A stretch of 32,000 bases of DNA from Ferroglobus placidus DSM 10642 (GTDB taxonomy: Archaea > Halobacteriota > Archaeoglobi > Archaeoglobales > Archaeoglobaceae): assembly GCF_000025505.1 (NCBI RefSeq), contig NC_013849.1, positions 210,001 to 242,000 on the forward strand, given 5' to 3'. The notes below the pieces were generated by a model, which saw nothing but the letters and a program-made list of their open reading frames with translations, searched no databases and was not told the DNA's origin. Below, in pieces: positions 16,927 through 23,516 of this stretch (positions within the stretch are counted from its first letter, which is position 1; the number at the start of each line of letters is the position of its first letter). Position numbers and translations under genes: made by a program.

Positions 16927-17135
16927 TGGTTAAATATGATAGAGAGGCCGACATTCTGTATCTGAAATTTTCAGACACGAAACCGGTAGATTCGGACATG
17001 CTGAATGACGATGTAGTTGTCTCCTTCGATGAGAACGGCGAGATTGTAGGTATGGAAATCTGGAGGGCTAAGGAGCTGATTCTGCCCGCTTTCCTGCAGT
17101 ATCTGAAAGAAATGCGGGAGGTTGTTAAGAGGTAG
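16923..17135 (+). CDS. DUF2283-family protein (putative cognate antitoxin/partner)
   Basis: The sequence MMVKYDREADILYLKFSD...VVVSFDENGEIVGMEIWRAKEL fits the DUF2283 pattern (YDxEADxLYi...dGxivGiEi). ATG 16923 overlaps the upstream stop (ATGA at 16923-16926). The track's GTG 16911 start is less likely. Confidence 0.6.
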   Translation: MMVKYDREADILYLKFSDTKPVDSDMLNDDVVVSFDENGEIVGMEIWRAKELILPAFLQYLKEMREVVKR

Positions 17136-17138
17136 TTT

Positions 17139-17962
17139 TCATTTCAGAATCCTGAAGTCCTTCCAATACCTCTCATAGATCTTCTTCAACTCTTCTTCAT
17201 CCTGAAAGTCATAGTGATTCAAGTCCACATCGCCCCTCAGCGAATGACCCATGAGGATCTTTTTCACGGCGGTTGGCATACCCAACCTGTCGCTCTGCTG
17301 TGAGAAGAACTTACGCATGTGCTTGAGCCTGAGTTTTGAATTCAACTTACTGAAATGATAATGGATCGACTTCTTCGAGAAAAGCCGTTTCGGTTTCGTG
17401 CTGAGGTACTCGATTAAAGCTTCTTTAGCCTCCTGGGATATAGATCGTCCTTCTCTCGATGTCGATATTTTCAGGCTTAAGGCGGTAAACCTCCTCAGAA
17501 CGCATCCCTGATGTTGCCGCCAGCAATACGGCGGCTTTTAGCTTCAGATTGTATGGATAAGTTAGGGTTTCAATTTCTTTTATCAGATCTCTTATGTCTT
17601 CAACCTTAATAACAGCTTTCTTTCTCCGTTTAGGGATCTTCGGCAGTTCAATACTCTTTGCTAATGGATAATTTATAAATTTCAAGAATGCTCGGATATA
17701 GATAGTCAACCTCCGGGCGTAACGATGGGAGTACTTGGATTTTATTTCGTTTATATAAATAATAATAGCGTCATCTTTAAGATTAAAATTCAGCCATTTT
17801 AATAATTTTTCAGCTGAGCTGATATATCTTCTCTTTTCGTCGTTTGAGATATCTTTAAGTTGAATATGTTTTTTAAAACTCTCAAATTTTTTAAGAATCT
17901 GATCGCATGCGGGGGGAGGGATTTGAACCCTCGAACCCCTACGGGACGGGACCCTGAATCCC
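17139..17962 (-). pseudogene. Int(C): C-terminal catalytic fragment of the SSV-type tyrosine integrase, with an internal frameshift near 17425-17430
   Basis: The reading frame leaves the att repeat (GFRVPSRRGSRVQIPPPA) into CDQILKKFESF...ATSGMRSEEVYRL...IYIPGG and then hits a stop. The frame offset by one nucleotide continues AKEALIEYLSTKPKRLFSKKSIHYHFSKLNSKLRLKHMRKFF...MGHSLRGDVDLNHYD. These are tyrosine-recombinase-like Arg, KHxR, GH and Tyr regions. Confidence 0.8.
17906..17962 (-). repeat. attR: 57-bp direct repeat forming the 3' portion of the intact tRNA-Leu
   Basis: It is identical to 15280-15336. Confidence 0.9.
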
Positions 17963-17992
17963 GCGCCTTTGTCCTGGCTCGGCAACCCCCGC
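17908..17992 (-). tRNA. tRNA-Leu (anticodon CAG), class II with a long variable arm
   Basis: The minus strand reads GCGGGGGUUGCCGAGCCAGGACAAAGGCGCGGGAUUCAGGGUCCCGUCCCGUAGGGGUUCGAGGGUUCAAAUCCCUCCCCCCGCA. Hand folding gives a 7-bp acceptor stem, anticodon stem CGGGA/UCCCG, loop UUCAGGG, a long variable arm and a T-arm GAGGG-UUCAAAU-CCCUC. No CCA is encoded and there is no intron. Confidence 0.9.
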
Positions 17993-18040
17993 AGTTTTTA
18001 TGATTTACTTAACTACCGATTAAATAAGTTTGTGGTAATT

Positions 18041-20377
18041 TCACGCGATCTCCCAGTTCCTCATCAGGAACTTTCTGACGTCTTCAGATTCGACCCAGCC
18101 CTTTTCAATATCTCTCACGATCTCAACTATCTTCTTCACCTGCTCCTCAATTTTCTCTTTAATTTCCCCTTCTATCTCCTCTAAAAGTAACGTTATTGCG
18201 GCGAGCGGATTCTTTATTTTGTCAACGAGAGTCGCCAAGGTTACTATGTTGTCTTCAATTTGCTTCAAAGCTTTTATCCTCATCTCAAACAACCTCGCTT
18301 CTTGAATCGCTATTCCCAACTGACCGGCAAGAGTTTCCAAGAATTTGAACTTTTCCTTATCCTTTTCGCTAAAAGTTTTTCGAGTTGCCGCTAAAAGCAA
18401 ACCTACCTTCTCTCCCCTCGAAACCAACGGGATTGTCGCATAGCTTTTCAGTCCAGCTTTCAGGAATTCTACGTCAAGCTTCGTCATTTCTCCAAGTTCG
18501 AGAACGTTTTCAACGACTTTACTTTCCACCCCAGAAAAGAGTTCGGGGTTTAAATCGATTTTAACATCGGAATCGTGAACAACAAAGGGATCTTCTCCTA
18601 AGACTAAACAAGCTAAAAGATCAAAGCCGAGTTTTCTTCTTGCAAGTTGCAAAGCTTCGTAAATGGCTTCCTTCAACTCCTTGCCAGAAAGGATAGCGTG
18701 ATCGATTGAGCGGAGAATTTCCAGTCTTTCAAGAGCTTCTTTGATTTCCCTTTCATAGTTCTTTTTCTCTGTCACATCCTCGATTATGTTCAAAAAAGCG
18801 TAGGGCTTGTTATCTTTCGTGAGTAAAACTGGAAACACGTTTATCCACCTTTCTTCTCCGTCAACTTTTATTCTGAATTCGTAAACACCACTTTCTCCTC
18901 TTAAACCTCTGTAGAACATTTCTATGGCTCTGGAAAGTTCTTCCTCGTCGAAAATTCCTAAATCGATCCACTTAATTCCAATTACTTCTTCTCTTTTCAT
19001 CTTTACCATTTTTAGCGCAGCATCGTTGCAGTCAATAATTCTCATATCAGTTCCAGCGACGACTATTCCGAGGGGTGAGAATTCGAAAATGCTTCTGTAC
19101 AGCTCCTCACTCTCTTTCAGTTTTCTCTCAACTTCCCTAAGCTTCGTTACATCGAGCATCGATAAAACAACGCACCCGAAATCGGGGACTGGCGTTGCCG
19201 TTACAAAGACAATCCTTTCTTCACCGTCCTTCCTTAAGATGCTCACTTCCAAGTTCTCAGGAACGTAACTTGGATCGTAAAAGGCAAGTTTGTAAATTCT
19301 TAAAATTTCTTCTCTGTCGCTTTCGGAAAAAATTTCAACGAATTGTCTACCAACCAACTCTTCCTTACCATACCCGCTCAAATTTTCAGCGGCTTTGTTT
19401 GCGTAAATTATCCTTTCGTTACTCACCACGATAATTCCGGTTTTTGAACTTTCCACAATTGCCCTGTAAAGTTTCTCAAGCTTTTTTCTCTCTTCAGCCT
19501 CCCTTATTGATGTAACACCAAAAGAGACGACTTCTGCAACTTCTTTCAAAAGACCTACTTCATCCTCATCGAAAGCGTCCTTTTCAAAGGCGTAAATGTT
19601 GAGAGCTCCAATTACTTCGCCCTTCACTTTTAAAGGTAAAGCTATACTCGAACGATAACCTTTCTTTAAAGCCTTCTCCCTCCACGGAGCGAATCTCTGA
19701 TCCTTATCTATTTCCCTCACGATAACAATTTCTCCCGTTCTTATCGCAGTTCCCGTAGGACCTTTGCCAGTTTCACTCTCGTCCCAGGTAATCTTAATTT
19801 CGTAAGCGTAATCTCCCTCTCCAGCCTTTGCAACCGGCTGAACGCTCTTGTCTTCCTTCTTGTAACCAACCCAAGCGTAAGCGTATCCTCCCTCTTTAAC
19901 TATTATCTCACAAACGGCTTTGAGAAGAGCTTTCTCATCATCGATTTTGCTCACAGCCTGACTAACTTTGCTGAGAACCCTTAAAGCCCTCTCAACTCTT
20001 CTCCTTTTAGCTTCTTCTTCAGCGAGAACACCCTCGTAAATTTCAAAAATTTTATAGAAAATTTCAGGCTGTACGAAAGCTAATTTTACGATCATTTCTT
20101 GGGCTTCTTCACTTTCCTTCTTTTCCATTATCAGTTGAAGGAGCAATTTTATTCTTCTCGCAATATCTTTTATCTTTACTCCTTTTTTCAAAACATCTTC
20201 GACAAAAGCGTCATCAATCTCACTTACAATTTCTTCCGGGCTTCTCTTCCCTGAAAGAACCTCAAAAGCGATCTTTTTAACAAAGGTTATGTACTCCTCT
20301 CTAAATTCAGGAGGAATTTCTTTTCGAATTTCGTTCGTCCACTCCTCCAAAAGTTCGTTTATTATACCTCCATCCAT
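18041..20377 (-). CDS. multidomain cytoplasmic sensor: GAF-PAS-PAS-GAF with a C-terminal His-less DHp-like helix; no HATPase domain
   Basis: The 778-aa product has a first GAF-like block (GYAYAWVGY...SSIALPLKVKGEVIGALNIYA). Two PAS-like blocks follow (LYRAIVESSKTGIIVV..., ELYRSIFEFSPLGIVV...). A second GAF-like block is present (ATIPLVSRGEKVGLLLAA...LAGQLGIAIQEARLFE). The C-terminus VDKIKNPLAAI resembles an H-box with Asp in place of His. Confidence 0.7.
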   Translation of the reverse strand: MDGGIINELLEEWTNEIRKEIPPEFREEYITFVKKIAFEVLSGKRSPEEIVSEIDDAFVEDVLKKGVKIKDIARRIKLLLQLIMEKKESEEAQEMIVKLAFVQPEIFYKIFEIYEGVLAEEEAKRRRVERALRVLSKVSQAVSKIDDEKALLKAVCEIIVKEGGYAYAWVGYKKEDKSVQPVAKAGEGDYAYEIKITWDESETGKGPTGTAIRTGEIVIVREIDKDQRFAPWREKALKKGYRSSIALPLKVKGEVIGALNIYAFEKDAFDEDEVGLLKEVAEVVSFGVTSIREAEERKKLEKLYRAIVESSKTGIIVVSNERIIYANKAAENLSGYGKEELVGRQFVEIFSESDREEILRIYKLAFYDPSYVPENLEVSILRKDGEERIVFVTATPVPDFGCVVLSMLDVTKLREVERKLKESEELYRSIFEFSPLGIVVAGTDMRIIDCNDAALKMVKMKREEVIGIKWIDLGIFDEEELSRAIEMFYRGLRGESGVYEFRIKVDGEERWINVFPVLLTKDNKPYAFLNIIEDVTEKKNYEREIKEALERLEILRSIDHAILSGKELKEAIYEALQLARRKLGFDLLACLVLGEDPFVVHDSDVKIDLNPELFSGVESKVVENVLELGEMTKLDVEFLKAGLKSYATIPLVSRGEKVGLLLAATRKTFSEKDKEKFKFLETLAGQLGIAIQEARLFEMRIKALKQIEDNIVTLATLVDKIKNPLAAITLLLEEIEGEIKEKIEEQVKKIVEIVRDIEKGWVESEDVRKFLMRNWEIA

Positions 20378-20478
20378 TTACTATACCTCTATCCATCTAA
20401 ATTTTTAAAAATATTGCTACTGTTGTAACAGTTAAAATAAAAATAAAATTATTAAAAAATTGCCAAAATTTAAACTTC

Positions 20479-21642
20479 CTAAATTTTCTTAGCAAGTTTT
20501 TCAAGCTGCTCCTCCGTCAACGGCTCTCCGTAGAGAATTTGAGTCATGTCAGCTCCCGTTTTCATGTAGGTCCAGTTCTGATCGAAGGGCTTCACTGGGT
20601 TGTGAGGATCGGCTTTGTAGTCGAGGAAGTCGAGAACGAAAGCTTCGCTCCAGTTGGGGACGAGGGGAATTACTCCTTTCTTCCACTCAAGCTTTCCGCT
20701 GCTCTCGTTCCACTTCGTAATAATGATCTTTCCTGTTTCCTCGTACTCTTTCAAAGCCTCGTTTCCGTGGCAGTCGGAGCAGCTAACGTCCTTTGTTACC
20801 GTGTGAGCATAAAACGGCGCTACGACGTAGAACGTCTTATCCTTATACTGAACAGCCATAAACGTTGCTGAAGTGACTTTGCCGTTGAAGTTCATCAGTA
20901 TCTTGAATCCGCTTAGGGGGGCGTAGGGTCTCTTAACGTGAGCCTCTATTAAGCTGTCGAGGTGACAGTTGTAGCAAGAGATGACCGTCTTAACGTGGCA
21001 GGCTTTGCAATCCACTTTATCTCCGTGCAGCAAATGAGCAGTGTTCTTCGGCAGCTCTTTATGGCAGTTTTCACATTTCGCCTTTATTGCTCCTTCGAGC
21101 ATCGAATTGTATTCCTTTCCGTCTCCGTGAACGTCTAAAGCGTGACAGTTAGCACACCCCAATCCAGCTTTTCTGTGAACGTCTGAGAAAAGCTCGGGTA
21201 TATTCTTCTCGAGTTTTAATTCAGTAGCCTGCCTTCCGTGACATCCGAGACACACCTCATCCTTCACGTAGTCCCCCGGAGTTTTGTGGCAATCGTAGCA
21301 GTCCGGCTTATATTCCTCGGTTTTGATAGGCGTTCCGTCAGCTTTTGTCGGAGCGTGGCACTTCTTGCAGCCAAGCTCTTCTATTGAAATTCCGGTCAGT
21401 TTTTCAAATCCTCCGTTTTCAGCTGAGTAAAACGTCTCCTTTCCTTTCCTCGTGTAGTGGAGGCTCGTTAGAAAGAGTTTCTTTATTTCCTCCACCTTGC
21501 TCGGGGTTGGGGTCGGCGTTGCTTTTTCTGGCGTTGGTGTCGGAGTTGGCGTAGGAGTCGGTGTTGCTTTTTCTTGCTGGGCGCAGCCAGCCAGCAATAG
21601 AGATGCTACAACCAGAGCAACGACGATTGAAACTTTTTTCAT
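20479..21642 (-). CDS. octaheme c-type cytochrome, predicted lipoprotein with a Thr-Pro linker
   Basis: It has eight CxxCH motifs: CKKCH, CYDCH, CLGCH, CANCH, CENCH, CKACH, CYNCH and CSDCH. A signal peptide with a lipobox-like LLAGC is followed by a TPTPTPTPTPTP...TPTPTP linker. ATG 21642 is preceded by GGTGAT. The track's TTG 21654 start lies inside that SD-like sequence. Confidence 0.85.
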   Translation of the reverse strand: MKKVSIVVALVVASLLLAGCAQQEKATPTPTPTPTPTPEKATPTPTPSKVEEIKKLFLTSLHYTRKGKETFYSAENGGFEKLTGISIEELGCKKCHAPTKADGTPIKTEEYKPDCYDCHKTPGDYVKDEVCLGCHGRQATELKLEKNIPELFSDVHRKAGLGCANCHALDVHGDGKEYNSMLEGAIKAKCENCHKELPKNTAHLLHGDKVDCKACHVKTVISCYNCHLDSLIEAHVKRPYAPLSGFKILMNFNGKVTSATFMAVQYKDKTFYVVAPFYAHTVTKDVSCSDCHGNEALKEYEETGKIIITKWNESSGKLEWKKGVIPLVPNWSEAFVLDFLDYKADPHNPVKPFDQNWTYMKTGADMTQILYGEPLTEEQLEKLAKKI

Positions 21643-21690
21643 ATTTATCACCAAATTACTATTTAATTCGATTAAAATTTAAGCTTTTTC

Positions 21691-21720
21691 ATAAACACTG
21701 TTAAATTTAACGATGTTTAT
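21691..21720. promoter_or_regulatory. 30-bp near-perfect palindrome in the divergent promoter region (candidate operator)
   Basis: The sequence ataaaca-ctg-ttaaatttaa-cga-tgtttat has 7-bp outer arms and a 10-bp perfectly palindromic core. It lies 49-78 bp upstream of the cytochrome ATG at 21642. Confidence 0.35.
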
Positions 21721-21811
21721 CGATCGTAGCAAGCTTTCAAAAACAAAATTTAATTATAATAAGTTACAAATGTAAAATTAATATAACGTAGCTTGGCATT
21801 TAGAATTCCCG

Positions 21812-22780
21812 ATGAAGATTCAAATTCACGGTGCCGGAATGGCTGGCAGCTACTTGTACTTTCTTTTGAGAGACGAATTTGAAGTTGGGATAGATGACGT
21901 AAGAAACAAGCCGGATTGCAGATGCGCTTGGGGGATATCCTACAAAGAGGCGAAGGAGCTTTACAAAAAAATAGGCGTGAATTTAGACGACTACGTTTTA
22001 TCAAAACCTAAATATGCGATAGCAAACGGAATCAGGCTGAAAAACAAGTACGTCGTGATTTTCGACAGATCCAAGCTGCTTTCAGACCTGTGGAAAGAGA
22101 TGGAGTTCAAAAAAGTTGACGCCGATATAGAAGTTGACGCAACTGGCTATAAAAGAGCTTACCTTCCGAAGATAGAAAACGATAGAGTGTATCCGACAGT
22201 TCAGAGAATTGAAGTTCACGAGATGGAAGAGAACATCTACACCTACTCTTCACAGTTCGGCTACGCCTGGGCTTTTCCTCTCGGAGACGACAGGTGGCAC
22301 ATAGGTGCTGGGGAGAAAAGCTTGGAAAGGGCAAAAGCCTTAATAGAAAAGCTCAGAAGAGCTTACGGATTCGAGGAAAAGGAGGCTTCTTGCTCTTGCA
22401 CCTCCGGAGTACGACTTCTTCCTCCATCCAAGTGCCGTCCCTTCGTTAAATGCACTTGCATCGGAGTTGGAGAAGCGATAGGATGCGTGAGCGGATTCGG
22501 AGAGGGTAACGCTCCAGCTTTAAAATCGGCGGAAATTTTGAAAGACTGTTTAGTGGAAGAGAACTTCAACGATTACGAGAGGAGAATCCTGAAGGAGTTT
22601 AAGTGGATAGAAGTGGAACACAAGTTCGTCGATGCAGTGCAGCAAAACAAGATGATCAAAGCCCTCTTTTACATGCTTAGAGTGATGTCTATCGAGAGGA
22701 AGAGAAGCCTCTCGTACTCGCCGAAAGATATTTTATCAATAATTAAGTTGAGCTTCAACCCGGATGCGCAAAGTTTTTAA
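21812..22780 (+). CDS. FAD/NAD(P)-binding oxidoreductase (geranylgeranyl-reductase-like fold), Cys-rich
   Basis: It has an N-terminal Rossmann dinucleotide motif (IHGAGMAGSYL) and several Cys clusters (CRCAWG, CSCTSG, CRPFVKCTCIGVGEAIGC). The specific function was not recognised. Confidence 0.5.
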   Translation: MKIQIHGAGMAGSYLYFLLRDEFEVGIDDVRNKPDCRCAWGISYKEAKELYKKIGVNLDDYVLSKPKYAIANGIRLKNKYVVIFDRSKLLSDLWKEMEFKKVDADIEVDATGYKRAYLPKIENDRVYPTVQRIEVHEMEENIYTYSSQFGYAWAFPLGDDRWHIGAGEKSLERAKALIEKLRRAYGFEEKEASCSCTSGVRLLPPSKCRPFVKCTCIGVGEAIGCVSGFGEGNAPALKSAEILKDCLVEENFNDYERRILKEFKWIEVEHKFVDAVQQNKMIKALFYMLRVMSIERKRSLSYSPKDILSIIKLSFNPDAQSF

Positions 22781-22826
22781 TAAGCAGCAGAGAGGATTGC
22801 GTTAATTCACTCAAGTTGAGGCGATG

Positions 22827-22859
22827 CCCGTAGGAGGCGTTCGCCGTTAGCACTACGGG
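22827..22859 (+). promoter_or_regulatory. structured 5' leader of rpl1: candidate L1 autoregulatory binding site
   Basis: A 7-bp outer stem (cccgtag 22827-22833 with ctacggg 22853-22859) encloses an asymmetric loop and an inner GGC-GUUC-GCC hairpin. The AGGAGGC...GCC arrangement abuts the SD-like GGGGTGAT and ATG 22868. Confidence 0.4.
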
Positions 22860-22867
22860 GTGATAGG

Positions 22868-23515
22868 ATGTTAGTTGAGAAGGAGAAGCTCGCTGAAGCG
22901 ATAAAAGAGGCAATAGAAAAAGCAAAACCGAGAAAGTTCGTAGAGACGGTAGAGATGGCTGTAAACTTGAGAGGAGTGGATATGAGAAAGCCTGAAAACA
23001 GAATAGACGCCGTCGTTTACTTACCTCACGGTCTCGGAAAGCCGAGAAAAGTTGGAGTGTTCGGGAGAGGAGAGGTAGCTGTGAAAGCCAAGGAAGCTGG
23101 AGCAGACGTCGTGCTCTCTCCGGAAGACATAGACGAACTTGCGAAGAATAAGAGGGAAGCGAAGAAGTTAGCTAACAGAATAGACTTCTTTATAGCTGAA
23201 GCACCTCTAATGCCGGAAATCGGTAAGAAGCTTGGACCGATTCTCGGTCCGAGGGGTAAGATTCCTCAACCGATTCCTCCCGCTGCAGATCCGACGCCGA
23301 TGATAAACAGGTTGAGAAAATCCGTTAGGATAAGGACGAGAGACAGAGTTACTTTTCACGCTCCTATCGGATCGAGAAATATGGAGCCTGAAAAAATAGC
23401 TGAAAACGCTCTCGAAATTCTTAAGGTTGTTGAGAACAAGTACGAAAACGCGAGCCAGGTTGTTAAGTCCGTATACGTTAAAACTACAATGGGTCCTGCC
23501 GTTAGGGTGATCTGA
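22868..23515 (+). CDS. rpl1: 50S ribosomal protein L1 (uL1)
   Basis: 215 aa with typical archaeal L1 sequence (RKFVETVEMAVNLRGVDMRKPENRID...FIAEAPLMPEIGKKLGPILGPRGK). Confidence 0.95.
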   Translation: MLVEKEKLAEAIKEAIEKAKPRKFVETVEMAVNLRGVDMRKPENRIDAVVYLPHGLGKPRKVGVFGRGEVAVKAKEAGADVVLSPEDIDELAKNKREAKKLANRIDFFIAEAPLMPEIGKKLGPILGPRGKIPQPIPPAADPTPMINRLRKSVRIRTRDRVTFHAPIGSRNMEPEKIAENALEILKVVENKYENASQVVKSVYVKTTMGPAVRVI

Positions 23516-23516
23516 A

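Larger units (their letters stand above)
15280..17962. mobile_element. integrated element (~2.7 kb) in tRNA-Leu(CAG) carrying a partitioned SSV-type integrase
   Basis: It is bounded by exact 57-bp direct repeats, and one repeat is part of an intact tRNA. Integrase fragments read through both repeats in the same frame. The cargo includes a virus-like gene and a TA-like module. Confidence 0.85.

Noticed and set aside
17969-18184. A 71-aa plus-strand ORF starting inside the tRNA gene.
   Set aside because: It begins within the tRNA-Leu sequence and runs antisense into the sensor gene's 3' end. It shows no coding signals.
20400-20478. Oligo-T tracts (minus strand) and a short palindrome ACTGTT-GT-AACAGT between the cytochrome and sensor genes, considered as a terminator or operator.
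   Set aside because: An archaeal oligo-T terminator followed by a promoter is plausible here. However, the palindrome is short (6-bp arms with a 2-nt spacer) and the region is generally AT-rich, so I cannot separate signal from composition without transcript data.
21497-21580. GGTGTCGG/GGTTGGGG-type repeats and the 61-aa plus-strand ORF 21497-21682 with a (GV)n product.
   Set aside because: This is the reverse complement of the Thr-Pro linker coding region of the cytochrome lipoprotein. It is a coding low-complexity linker, not a microsatellite or a separate gene.
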